Assembly (NCBI GenBank): GCA_965203355.1
Contig: OZ241889.1
Span: forward strand, 64,001-128,000
From: Candidatus Latescibacterota bacterium
GTDB taxonomy: Bacteria > Latescibacterota > UBA2968 > UBA8231
DNA: 64,000 nt
Reading direction: 5' to 3'
The notes beneath the pieces were generated by a model, which was given only the letters and a program-made list of their open reading frames with translations, did no database searches and had not been told where the DNA came from. Positions 9,344-18,797 of this stretch are shown piece after piece. The stretch's first letter is position 1, and each line of letters starts with the position of its first letter. A program made the position numbers and the translations under genes.

Positions 9344-9442
9344 GGTCGGAAAGTTTTGCAATCTCCAATTGTCGGGGTTTAGGCGGAGCCGGGGCGATCC
9401 GTTTAATGGTAGTAAAGCTAAACTTCAAAACGTATCGCTACC
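9344..9442 (+). mobile_element. MITE/REP-like element, family A (internally deleted copy)
   Basis: Shares ttttgcaatctccaattgtc, aggcggagccggggcga and agtaaagctaaa..tcaaaacgta with the reverse complement of 55829-55970. Confidence 0.7.
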
Positions 9443-9447
9443 TACAC

Positions 9448-9477
9448 TTGACACGCCTTTACTGAAATTCATAAAAT
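9448..9477 (+). promoter_or_regulatory. Sigma70-like promoter
   Basis: TTGACA (9448-53), 18 nt, TAAAAT (9472-77); points toward the leader ORF and the 10026 gene. Confidence 0.55.
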
Positions 9478-9561
9478 ATGCGTTGCAATTCACGGCGGCG
9501 CGGCGCGTTTGGGTTATAGAACCTCCGCCGTTTGCGGCACTTTTAGTCGGATTAACAGGAC

Positions 9562-9708
9562 ATGGGCACAACGTCAATATCACAAAGAACGCCATCGCCG
9601 GGCGCGGTGCCTTGTTCTATGCTTGCGACAACGCCGAGTCTTAATTTACGCAAGTCGTTAAAAAACAATGATTTACCCCCCCCCCCCCCGAATTTTCTTG
9701 GGCATTAA
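9562..9708 (+). other. Putative leader ORF (48 aa, ..KSLKNNDLPPPPPNFLGH*) crossing a poly-C tract
   Basis: ATG 9562 to TAA 9708; weak SD; alternative frame after the tract is open to 10013. Confidence 0.4.
9676..9689 (+). repeat. C14 homopolymer (candidate contingency locus)
   Basis: atttaCCCCCCCCCCCCCCgaa; longest homopolymer seen in the window. Confidence 0.9.
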
Positions 9709-9801
9709 GCCCTAGCTTCACTCGCCAACCTATTCGCCTCGCTCCCCTTCCTAAGCAAAAGCGGGAAGAGGCATTGCTCTGCCCGGCCGCGTCGGTAAGC
9801 C

Positions 9802-9834
9802 CCACTGGCCACTGGCCACCGGCCACCGGCCACC
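9802..9834 (-). repeat. Heptamer tandem repeat (CCAC[T/C]GG) x4.7
   Basis: ccactgg ccactgg ccaccgg ccaccgg ccacc; reverse complement of the 3215 unit. Confidence 0.8.
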
Positions 9835-10025
9835 CATCCACATCACAAACGAAAACCATCCTCGGTAGCTTCGCGGTTATCGGCGGGCGACGTCGTAGTC
9901 CTAGCTCTCGCCGCGAGGCATTCGTCTTTTTTAACGTTCACAAAAACGCAAGAACGCAACGGCTTAGTGATAAGGCTAAGTCCATTTTCTTCTGTCACTT
10001 TTCCCTTTTCTAAAGGAGTGAGATC

Positions 10026-13000
10026 ATGAGTACGCACACGCGGCTTTTTACCTTTCCTTGTTTGCTGATTGCCAGTTTGCTGTTGGCTGTGGAAGCCCCG
10101 GCTCAGACCGAGAATATCGACATATCCGTTGATCGGCGTTCGGTCCGCGAGGATGGGGGAGCGCAAGATATTGCGATAACAGCCGAATTACGCGACACTG
10201 ACGCGAAGGCAAAGGTCGATCTTTATCTTCCGCTGAGTCTCGTCGGTGTCACGTCCCGCTATCTCAACGATTTATTCACCATATCCTTCCCCTCTTTGGT
10301 GATTAAGAAGGACGAGCGCAAGGCCACCGGGACTATCACCATAACCCCGAAAGACAATGCTTGGATCGGCCCTATCGCACGCTCGGCGACCGCTCCAACG
10401 AATGTTGGTTTCCTGACCATAACGGGCACGGTCGATACATCGGCGGTTCTAAAGCGGGTTAATATTCCTATCGTGATTGATATAGGGGGTTCTACTGGCA
10501 ACATCGCCTTAAAAGGCCAAACCACCCCGGCCTATACTGAGACTGGTAGTGTTACTGGCGTCTTCTATATTGAGATTGTTGACGACGAGCAGTTGCCCCA
10601 AAACATCAACCTCTCTTTTTCGCCGTCCAAGCTCGGCAAGGAGGCGGGTCCGACTCCGATTAAAGTGACGGCGACGTTGGATGGCGGCGCGTTGACGCGC
10701 CACGACCTTGAAACCCAGTTGGTTGTTGTTGAGGGCAAGGGGGCTACCAGCGATACGTTGGCGCGCGACTCGAATTTCTCGATTAGCGGGCTGGGAAAGC
10801 TGACCATTCCGAAGGGGCAGACCGAAGCGACGATGACGATCACCGTCGATCCGAGTAATAAGGCGGGCAAGATCGTGCTGGGGGCCAGTGCCAGGGGTGA
10901 TACGACGCTGATAGTGAAGTCAAAACGGTTCAACAGCGCGGGTAAGCAGGTCCGACTCGACTTCCATTTTGATGATTCCTTCGACTCCGATGGTTATATA
11001 AACGACGTATCCGGAAGCTATAATTTCGGCGAAAAGTTTGGGGATGGTGCCGCGCGGAGGCTCGTCGGAATAGACTACAACGGCGATGGGGATGTTGGAA
11101 CAAACAACGATGGGGATGCGTTTGTTGGGTATACTCTTAGCGGCGGGCGTGAGCTCTTAAAAGATTCCGACTTCCTACCTACGGGGACCGTCTTGGTAGA
11201 AAAAGACTTGGGGCTCGACTTATACGGGGATGGCGATTTGTTGGATACCTATGTGGTACCCGCCGATACCGTATTAACGGAACGCGGTTCCCGCTTGTTC
11301 CCTAAAACGGACACGGAGCGTAGATACAGGTGGGGTCCACGAGCAAGCGATAGAGGACCTCGACTCCCTCTCCAGGCCGACTTTAACGGCAATGGCATCA
11401 TCGGTGATGGCAGTAGTACCGGTACTGGTTGGGTCATGAATTATGTGGAACATTTTCCCATTCGCATTAAGGTCAGGGCGGGCGTCATCACGGTCGAGGA
11501 CGTCGCCGTCGCGCAGATCAAGAATTTTACGCTGAGTCCAGCGACGATCCGCGAGGCCGCCGGAGCGACGGACGTTGCGATGACGGTTGAATTGGAGAAA
11601 GCCTTGACCGGCGCGAAGGCGGTGGACTTTCAGATTACGGCCGGTTCTTCCGGGACGCGCGATGTGAATTACGAAGTGGAAGTGATTGAAGGCTTGACGA
11701 TCCCGGCCGGCAACACCAAAGGCACGGCGACGTTGCGCGTCACGCCGGTGGACAACAGCGGTGTGAATAATCCGTGGACGTTCACGGTGCAAGCGAAAGT
11801 CGGCGATGACACATCTCAGATGAAGGATGCGCCGTTCGAGATCACGGACGATGAGACGCTGAGCGATGACATTACGCTGTCGGTCAGCCCGAGCGAAATC
11901 AAAGAGGACGCCGGGGCGACGACCGTTACGGTGACCGGCACGTTGGACGGCAAGGTGCTCGACGCGAATGCGACGATCACGCTGGTCGTGGATCGTACGC
12001 CGGACAAGTCGGCGACGCGGGACGTGGATTACACGGCAGCGCTTAGCTCGCTGACGATTCCGGCGGGCGCGATCACCGGCTCGACGACGATCACGATCAC
12101 GCCCGTCAACGACGGGACCGGCGACAACGACGAGACGATCACGATCAAGCAGCTCACGGACAACCTCAAGAACCAAGACGACGACAAGATCACGGTCAGC
12201 ACCGCGAAGATCACGCTGAAAGACGCGGCGAAGATGGATGATTCTTCCGAGACGACCACGACCACGACCACGGCCACGGGAGGGCCGAGTTTCGGTGCGG
12301 CCGCATTAGCCTTTGAAGCGACGGTAGGTCAGGCGTTCAGCGAGGTGTTGCCCGCCGCGACGGGCGGCCAAGGAACGCTGCGGTACCGGGTCTCGTCGAG
12401 CCTGCCGATGGGGCTGTCGTTTGACGCGGCCACGCGGACGCTTTCCGGGACGCCGACGCTGGCGGGCATGTCCTCGGTCGTCTATATGGCGTTCGATGAC
12501 GCCGACAATGGCCGGGCAAAAACCATCACCATCACCGTCAGCGAAGCCGCGCCGGTCACCGTGGGCGTCGCCAGCGTGATGGCTTCGCAATCGGCGGTGC
12601 GCGAGAACGGCGACACGGCTGAAATCCGAGTTACGGCGACCTTGTCGGGCGCGGCTCCAGCGACCGAGACGGTCCGCTTCACGATTGTGCCGCCGGCCAG
12701 CGGCGCGATGGCCACCCGCGACGTGGATTATACGGCGGCGTTGGCCGGGACGATCACCATTGCGGCCGGCGAGACGATGGGTTGGACGAGGCTTTTCCTG
12801 TCGCCGATTGACAACGCTTCGGCGGACGGGCACAAGTTCTTGGGTATTCGGGCGGCGGCTTCGGGCGGCTGGGGGCAAGTGGACTTGCGGATTTCCGACG
12901 ATGAAACGCCAAGCACGTCTCTGGTGCTGTCGGTGACGCCGAGCGCGCTCAGCGAGTCAGCGGAATTGACGGAAGTAATGGTCATGGCCGCACTGGACGG

Positions 13001-14348
13001 CAAGCCGCTGGCCGAAGATGCCACCGCGACCGTCTCGATTGATGAGGTAGCTTCGAGCGCCCTGCGCGACACGGACTACTCGGCCTTGTTCGATCCGCTG
13101 ATTACCATTGCGGCCGGTTCGATTATGGGTTCGACGCGCCTGTTGGTTGATCCGACGGCCGACAGTATGGCCGAAGGCGACGAGACGATCGTGCTCAACG
13201 CGATGCTGCCCGGCTTGACTTCGGATTCGGCGACGCTGGTGCTGACCGACATGGATAGCGGCATGATGGACGGCGATATGGATGGCGATGAGGATACGAC
13301 GAGCTCCTTGGCTTTCGTCGAGGGCACTTCGGTCGCCGCGCATACCTACACGGCGGGCACGGCGGTTACGCCGTTGGTCCTGCCGGTGGCGATGGGCGGC
13401 GAAGGCTCCATCACGTACAGCGTGTCGGGTTTGCCAGCGGGACTGTCGTTTGACGCGGCCACCCGGACGATTTCGGGTACGCCGGACGCGGCGACCGATG
13501 GTGCCGTTGAAGTCACCTACACGGCGATGGCTGGCGCCGAAAGCGTCTCGCTGAAGTTCGCGATTACCATCAACGCGATGCTGGATTTTGTCGACCTGGA
13601 TTCGTTGTTCGGTCGGTTCAACAGCGGAGCCGGCAAGCCGGTGCCGTCGCAGGCGGGGCTGAATGCGGCGGCGCGGCTGTATCTGGATGCGCCGACAGCC
13701 CTGCCGAGCGTGGGAGAGGATTTCGGCGTTAATGTGCGGTTGACCGACTTCGTGGCGGTCAAGGGCTACGGCTTGCAGATAGCGTATGACGACGATCAGT
13801 TGACCTTCGTCGAGGCGCAGACCGATCAGCCGCTGGGCGATAGCGCATTCGCTACGCCGCAGGTGCGGGCCGAAGCGGGCGTGTTGACGGTAGCCACGCA
13901 CGGCGATGTCGTTTCCGACGGCGAGTTGATGTTGCGCTTGGTCTTCCGGCCGACGACCGAGATCGAGCACACGACCCTCGAAATCACCGACAACCGGACC
14001 TGGGACCAGGCGTTGGGCTTCAACCGCTTGGCATTGCCCGCGCCAGTGTCGTTACAGACGCGCCCAGCCGTGTTCTCGCTGGCAGCCAACTATCCGAACC
14101 CGTTCAATCCGCAGACGACGATTCAGTATGCGTTGCCGCAGGCGGCGGACGTGGGGCTGACCGTGTACAACGTGTTGGGTCAGCCGATTCGGACGCTGGT
14201 CGCCGAGCATCAGAGTGCTGGTCATTACGCGGTGGAGTGGGACGCGACCAACGATAGCGGCCAGAGCGTGTCGTCGGGGATGTACTTCTACCGCTTGCAG
14301 GCGGGCGGCGACTTCCTCGCCGTTCAGAAGATGCTGCTGCTCAAGTAA
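10026..14348 (+). CDS. Large secreted/surface protein with Calx-beta/Ig-like repeats, putative Ig domains and C-terminal FlgD-Ig/T9SS type A-like sorting domain
   Basis: Signal peptide; repeated ATRDVDY..TIPAG..TITITP units; two LPxGLSFDAATRTxSGTP units; NYPNPFNP..YNVLGQ..SSGMYFYRLQAG..KMLLLK C-terminus; SD AAGGAG. Confidence 0.85.
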   Translation: MSTHTRLFTFPCLLIASLLLAVEAPAQTENIDISVDRRSVREDGGAQDIAITAELRDTDAKAKVDLYLPLSLVGVTSRYLNDLFTISFPSLVIKKDERKATGTITITPKDNAWIGPIARSATAPTNVGFLTITGTVDTSAVLKRVNIPIVIDIGGSTGNIALKGQTTPAYTETGSVTGVFYIEIVDDEQLPQNINLSFSPSKLGKEAGPTPIKVTATLDGGALTRHDLETQLVVVEGKGATSDTLARDSNFSISGLGKLTIPKGQTEATMTITVDPSNKAGKIVLGASARGDTTLIVKSKRFNSAGKQVRLDFHFDDSFDSDGYINDVSGSYNFGEKFGDGAARRLVGIDYNGDGDVGTNNDGDAFVGYTLSGGRELLKDSDFLPTGTVLVEKDLGLDLYGDGDLLDTYVVPADTVLTERGSRLFPKTDTERRYRWGPRASDRGPRLPLQADFNGNGIIGDGSSTGTGWVMNYVEHFPIRIKVRAGVITVEDVAVAQIKNFTLSPATIREAAGATDVAMTVELEKALTGAKAVDFQITAGSSGTRDVNYEVEVIEGLTIPAGNTKGTATLRVTPVDNSGVNNPWTFTVQAKVGDDTSQMKDAPFEITDDETLSDDITLSVSPSEIKEDAGATTVTVTGTLDGKVLDANATITLVVDRTPDKSATRDVDYTAALSSLTIPAGAITGSTTITITPVNDGTGDNDETITIKQLTDNLKNQDDDKITVSTAKITLKDAAKMDDSSETTTTTTTATGGPSFGAAALAFEATVGQAFSEVLPAATGGQGTLRYRVSSSLPMGLSFDAATRTLSGTPTLAGMSSVVYMAFDDADNGRAKTITITVSEAAPVTVGVASVMASQSAVRENGDTAEIRVTATLSGAAPATETVRFTIVPPASGAMATRDVDYTAALAGTITIAAGETMGWTRLFLSPIDNASADGHKFLGIRAAASGGWGQVDLRISDDETPSTSLVLSVTPSALSESAELTEVMVMAALDGKPLAEDATATVSIDEVASSALRDTDYSALFDPLITIAAGSIMGSTRLLVDPTADSMAEGDETIVLNAMLPGLTSDSATLVLTDMDSGMMDGDMDGDEDTTSSLAFVEGTSVAAHTYTAGTAVTPLVLPVAMGGEGSITYSVSGLPAGLSFDAATRTISGTPDAATDGAVEVTYTAMAGAESVSLKFAITINAMLDFVDLDSLFGRFNSGAGKPVPSQAGLNAAARLYLDAPTALPSVGEDFGVNVRLTDFVAVKGYGLQIAYDDDQLTFVEAQTDQPLGDSAFATPQVRAEAGVLTVATHGDVVSDGELMLRLVFRPTTEIEHTTLEITDNRTWDQALGFNRLALPAPVSLQTRPAVFSLAANYPNPFNPQTTIQYALPQAADVGLTVYNVLGQPIRTLVAEHQSAGHYAVEWDATNDSGQSVSSGMYFYRLQAGGDFLAVQKMLLLK

Positions 14349-14717
14349 CATCCACGACACCGCAAGGCACGGAAATGGGACCCTGATGTTCTGGGGTCCC
14401 ATTTTCTTTTCCGTATGAACGTCCGATCGACAGCCTACAGGACCGCTTGCAGGTGGGTGAAGCGTTCCTCGCCGTGCAGAAGATGCTGCTGCTCAAGTAA
14501 CACACGCGACACCGCAAGGCACGGAAATGGGACCCCGATGTTCTGGGGTCCCATTTTCTTTTCCGTATGAACGTCCGATCGACAGCCTACGGCCCGCTTG
14601 CAGGTCGGCGAAGCGTTCCTCGCCGTCAAACTGCTGCTACTCAAGTAGCACACGCGACATCGCGCGAGTTACGAAAATGGGACCTCAGTTTTCTGGGGGT
14701 CTCATTTCTATTGTCAA
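14291..14717 (+). repeat. Three tandem ~152 bp copies of the gene 3' end plus terminator hairpin
   Basis: ccgcttgcag starts at 14291, 14443 and 14594; each copy has ..ctgct(g/a)ctcaagta and an aaatgggac..gt(c)ccattt-type hairpin. Confidence 0.9.
14373..14410 (+). terminator. Intrinsic terminator of the large surface protein gene
   Basis: aaatgggaccc / gggtcccattt stem followed by tctttt. Confidence 0.75.
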
Positions 14718-14840
14718 TGTTCGAGAACTAGACAGCGCACTAGTTTCCCCCGCTGTCCACGCCGCCGCCGCCGGGTCCCATTTCTATTGTCAAGGTCGGC
14801 AACTACACTGCACGGCCAAAGCGGGATTAGACCAAATCAT

Positions 14841-14937
14841 TCGGTCGTAGTACGTTTTCGGGCGGGCTTGGGTCGCCGGGGTTCAGGCGGAGCCGGGGCG
14901 ACCCGTTCGCTAAATTTCAAAACGTACCACTATCGAA
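14841..14937 (+). mobile_element. MITE/REP-like element, family A (deleted copy)
   Basis: tcggtcgtagtacgtttt ... ttcaaaacgtaccactatcgaa imperfect TIRs; gggtcgcc..ggcgaccc inner hairpin. Confidence 0.75.
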
Positions 14938-14953
14938 AGCTCAGGAGAGTTTT

Positions 14954-15964
14954 ATGCGCGAAACACCCAAAGTGATCATCAGCGGCTTTGCCGACGAGGG
15001 GCCGACCGACAAAAAAGCCGAAGCCCAGCTTGCCATGCTCGCAACGCTGGGCATGTCGCACTACAGCTTGCGCTTTGTCGATGTAGGACCGGGCATAAAA
15101 AATGTGATGCAGCTAACGCCGCCCGAGATCGCACGGCTGCGCCAACTGCACGGCGAATTTGGGATTGCCGTAGCCTCGATCGGCTCGCCGATTGGCAAGG
15201 TCAAGCTACTCGACGTGGAAGACGGCTCGGCCAATGCCTATATCCCATTTGACCAGTATTTGCAACAGGACGTGCAACGGGCCGTGGACCTGGCCGGCGA
15301 GTTCGAGACGCGGCTGATTCGCGGGTTCTCGTTTTACCATCCTCGCGGCGAAGATCCCGCCAACTACGTGGAACCTGCCGCCGAGCGGCTGACGCAAATC
15401 GCCGAGGTTTGCCGCCGAGGCGGGACCATTTTTGGCCTAGAGGTCGAAGCCAATCTCGTCGGCCAGAACGGGCGGCTCCTGCAAAAGCTCTACGAAATGA
15501 TCGACCATCCCAACCTGTACCTGATCTTTGACGGCGGCAATCTGGCGAGCCAAAACCTCACCCCGGGCGAAATCCTGGCCGAGTATCGCGCGATGCGCGC
15601 GGGGATTGGTTGGATGCACATCAAGGACTACAAGATCGACCCGGCTCTCCAATGGGAAGGCGTCGTAGAGGAGGAGCGGCTCAAAAACTTTGTGCCCGCA
15701 GATCGCGGCGACTCCGGGCACGAAGCCATCCTGCGCGACTTCCGCACCCGCCTCCCGGCCTTGGAACGCGAGCTAAAGCAGCAAGGAGTCCCCGGCGTGT
15801 TCTTCGACCTGGAGCCGCACCTAAAGGGCGGCGGACAGTTCGGCGGCTTCAGCGGCGTCGATGGATTCGGCGTCGCGCTGCGGGCACTGCTCAACCTGCT
15901 CGACTACGTGGGCATCGGCTACGCGCTGACCGACTACGAGGCCATCGCTCGACAGCGCACCTAA
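14954..15964 (+). CDS. Sugar phosphate isomerase/epimerase (xylose isomerase-like TIM barrel)
   Basis: SGFADE, IGSPIGK, FDGGN, HIKD, LEPHL motifs. Confidence 0.8.
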   Translation: MRETPKVIISGFADEGPTDKKAEAQLAMLATLGMSHYSLRFVDVGPGIKNVMQLTPPEIARLRQLHGEFGIAVASIGSPIGKVKLLDVEDGSANAYIPFDQYLQQDVQRAVDLAGEFETRLIRGFSFYHPRGEDPANYVEPAAERLTQIAEVCRRGGTIFGLEVEANLVGQNGRLLQKLYEMIDHPNLYLIFDGGNLASQNLTPGEILAEYRAMRAGIGWMHIKDYKIDPALQWEGVVEEERLKNFVPADRGDSGHEAILRDFRTRLPALERELKQQGVPGVFFDLEPHLKGGGQFGGFSGVDGFGVALRALLNLLDYVGIGYALTDYEAIARQRT

Positions 15965-17193
15965 CGCCCTTGCGCCAACAGGGCCGCGTGCCGCTTTTGG
16001 AAGGCCGCGCTGTGGTCGTCCTCAATCACCTCCAAATCGACGCCTTGCTCAAAGCCGGGGATGTTGCCAGCATAGAAGGCCCGCTGATAGTGGGCTTCAG
16101 CGGTGAACTCCCACTCCCGCGCTTTGCCGGCCCCTGGCCAGTACACGCGGAGGATGCGCTTTTGGGCCAGGTAGCGGTGTTTGGGCGTCGGCTCGGCGGG
16201 ATCCACTCGGTATTTTGCAATCGCCCCTTCATCTACGGAGACGCCCAAGCCAGGCGCGTCTGAAACCGGCATGTAGCCATCGCGGACTTCAATAGGCTCT
16301 TGCAGCAAATCGTCCTCCCACAGCTCGTGGCAGGTGATGTAGGGTAGTTGGGCATGAGAGAGCACCGCGCCGAGATGGGCCGCATAAGCAGTAGTAAAGC
16401 CCGCGCCGACGAGTTGGAGCCAAAAGGGCTTGTTGTGAGCGGCCGCCAGGGTTGCCGCCCGCCGGGTATCGGTCGCGCCGCCGCCGATGACGAACCCATC
16501 GCAGCAGTTGTTGCGCAGATATTGGTCTTGGTAGTGCTCGACAATGGGCTTGCGCACCCGCTCGCGCAAAATCCGCGCTCCATCCACGTCCGAGTGTAGA
16601 TAAAATGGGCTTTCGTACATGCCGACATTGGGGTTTTCGTCGAGCTGTTGCAGGATGATTTCGGCCTTAGCTTGGTTGAGCAAGAAGCCGTTGAAGTCAA
16701 CGTCGAACTTGTAGTCGGCCGGAACGACCTGGGCGACCGCGTCGGTTTGGGCGATGATGTCGCGCCAAGGGCGGGCCTTCATCTTAAAGCAGGTGTACCC
16801 GCGCTTTAGCGATTCCTCGGCCTCGGCAATCCAGTCTTGGGGCGGCATGTCTATATCCCACCAAGATATGGGACAGCGGTCGCGGAGCTTGACGCCGAGC
16901 AGTTCGTGTACGGGCACGCCGTTGTCTTGGCCCACGAGGTCGAGGCAGGCGACTTGCGGACCAAAGCCAATGTCGTCGCGGTTTATCAGGCTGGCCGGAT
17001 TTTGCCCGGCGAGGCCATCAACCGATGGCTGGCCGTGATGATGGTCGGCCCAGCCCACGAGGCCGTTGTCCGTCTCCAAGCGCACGACCCACACGCGCTC
17101 GTCGTGGGTGGAAGCGCGCTGCATGGCACGCGTGACGTGCTCGGCGTAAAAGGGGATGTTGAGCGCTATGGCTTCAGCGTGAGTGATTTTCAT
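15961..17193 (-). CDS. Mandelate racemase/muconate lactonizing (enolase superfamily) protein
   Basis: VRLETDNGLVG, FKMKARP, DVDFN, PGLGV; start ATG 17193. Confidence 0.8.
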   Translation of the reverse strand: MKITHAEAIALNIPFYAEHVTRAMQRASTHDERVWVVRLETDNGLVGWADHHHGQPSVDGLAGQNPASLINRDDIGFGPQVACLDLVGQDNGVPVHELLGVKLRDRCPISWWDIDMPPQDWIAEAEESLKRGYTCFKMKARPWRDIIAQTDAVAQVVPADYKFDVDFNGFLLNQAKAEIILQQLDENPNVGMYESPFYLHSDVDGARILRERVRKPIVEHYQDQYLRNNCCDGFVIGGGATDTRRAATLAAAHNKPFWLQLVGAGFTTAYAAHLGAVLSHAQLPYITCHELWEDDLLQEPIEVRDGYMPVSDAPGLGVSVDEGAIAKYRVDPAEPTPKHRYLAQKRILRVYWPGAGKAREWEFTAEAHYQRAFYAGNIPGFEQGVDLEVIEDDHSAAFQKRHAALLAQGR

Positions 17194-17297
17194 GCGGTCC
17201 TCCGCGGATGATGGGGGCACAAGTTGATGGACAGAAAACACGCAAAGATTGGCGTGTAAGCAACCACTAATTTAATCTCGCAAGGAAAGGTAACGCC

Positions 17298-18797
17298 ATG
17301 AGCAGAACGTATGAAACTTTTGTAGAGCACCTCCACGAGCTGGCCGACATAAACCACGCGCTGGGGCTGATGAGTTGGGACCAAGAGACCTATATGCCGC
17401 CGCGCGGCGCAGCCATGCGGGCCAGAGCGCTGGGGACCTTGGCCGGGCTGTACCACGAGCGGCTCACCGCCCCAGCGTTGGTCGCGCTCGTAGCCGACCT
17501 CAAGCATGCCGAGCTAACAGGCGACCCCGCGGTCAACGTCCGCGAAATCGACCGCCAGCAGAGCCGGGCGCTCAAGCTCCCCAAAAAGCTAGTCGTCGAA
17601 CTGAGCCAGACCGAATCCTTGGGGCACGAGGCTTGGATCGAGGCACGCCAAAAATCGGACTTCGCGCTCTTCCAGCCCTTGCTGGAGAAAATAGTCGCGC
17701 TCAAAAAGGAAGTAGCCGAGCGAGTCGGCTACGAAGGATCCATGTACAACGCGCTGCTCGACGAGTACGAGCCTTATGCGCGGGCCGAGGAAATCGCCCC
17801 GGTCTTTGCCCAGCTCAAAGCGCGACTCGTACCGCTCGTCAAACAAATCGCCGCCACCGGAAAATACCCAGCGCAGGGCGTCCTCGACCAAGAATATCCC
17901 ATTGAGCAACAGGTGCTTTTGGGACAACAAGTGCTGGCGGACCTCGGCTTCGACCTACAGGCCGGGCGGCTCGACTTGGCGGTGCATCCGTTTTGTTCGG
18001 GCACGTCCCGCGACGACGTCCGGCTGACGACGCGCTACCGGGCCGATTGGCTGCCCGGCGCGCTTTTTGGCACCATCCACGAGGCCGGGCACGGGCTATA
18101 CGAACAGGGGCTGCCCGCCGACGCCAGCAGCACCCCAGCCGGCGCGAGCATCTCGCTGGGGATCCACGAGTCGCAGTCGCGGCTGTGGGAGAACATGATC
18201 GGCCGCAGCAAAGCCTTTTGGACGCATTACCTGCCCAAGCTGCGATCCCTCTTTCCCCAGCAGCTCAACGCGGTCGATCTAGACGCCTTTTACGCGGCAG
18301 TCAATCAAGTCGAGCCATCGCTGATCCGGGTCGAGGCCGACGAGGTGACGTACAACCTCCACATCCTGCTGCGTTTTGAACTGGAATGCGACCTAATCGA
18401 AGGGCAAGTCGCCGTGGCCGAGCTGCCCGCGGCGTGGAACGAGCGGATGGAGCAATACTTGGGCATCGGTCCGCCCGACGACGCCCGCGGCGTCCTGCAA
18501 GACACGCACTGGTCCTGCGGCCTGCTGGGCTACTTTCCGACCTATGCTTTGGGCAACCTGTACGCCGCCCAGTTTTTTCATCAAGCCCACCAAGACTTGC
18601 CCGACCTCGAAGCGCAAATCGCGCAGGGCGCATTCGGGCCGCTCAAGACTTGGCTCAACGAAAAAATCCACGCCCGCGGCGCCCGGGTGACAGCCAGCGA
18701 ATTGGTCGAAGAGGTGACGGGCGCGAAGCTGAATGCCGATTACTTCATCGCCTATTTGCAGGAAAAGTTCGGGGCGCTCTACGGCCTCAGCCGATGA
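17298..18797 (+). CDS. Carboxypeptidase M32 (Taq-like)
   Basis: HPF, HEAGHGLYEQ, HESQSRLWEN, IRVEADEVTY, GYFPTYALG. Confidence 0.95.
   Translation: MSRTYETFVEHLHELADINHALGLMSWDQETYMPPRGAAMRARALGTLAGLYHERLTAPALVALVADLKHAELTGDPAVNVREIDRQQSRALKLPKKLVVELSQTESLGHEAWIEARQKSDFALFQPLLEKIVALKKEVAERVGYEGSMYNALLDEYEPYARAEEIAPVFAQLKARLVPLVKQIAATGKYPAQGVLDQEYPIEQQVLLGQQVLADLGFDLQAGRLDLAVHPFCSGTSRDDVRLTTRYRADWLPGALFGTIHEAGHGLYEQGLPADASSTPAGASISLGIHESQSRLWENMIGRSKAFWTHYLPKLRSLFPQQLNAVDLDAFYAAVNQVEPSLIRVEADEVTYNLHILLRFELECDLIEGQVAVAELPAAWNERMEQYLGIGPPDDARGVLQDTHWSCGLLGYFPTYALGNLYAAQFFHQAHQDLPDLEAQIAQGAFGPLKTWLNEKIHARGARVTASELVEEVTGAKLNADYFIAYLQEKFGALYGLSR

Noticed and set aside
14291-14650. Diversity-generating retroelement VR/TR pair at the surface protein 3' end
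   Set aside because: Mismatches between copies are not adenine-specific, the repeat covers the conserved sorting tail and terminator, and there is no reverse transcriptase in the window
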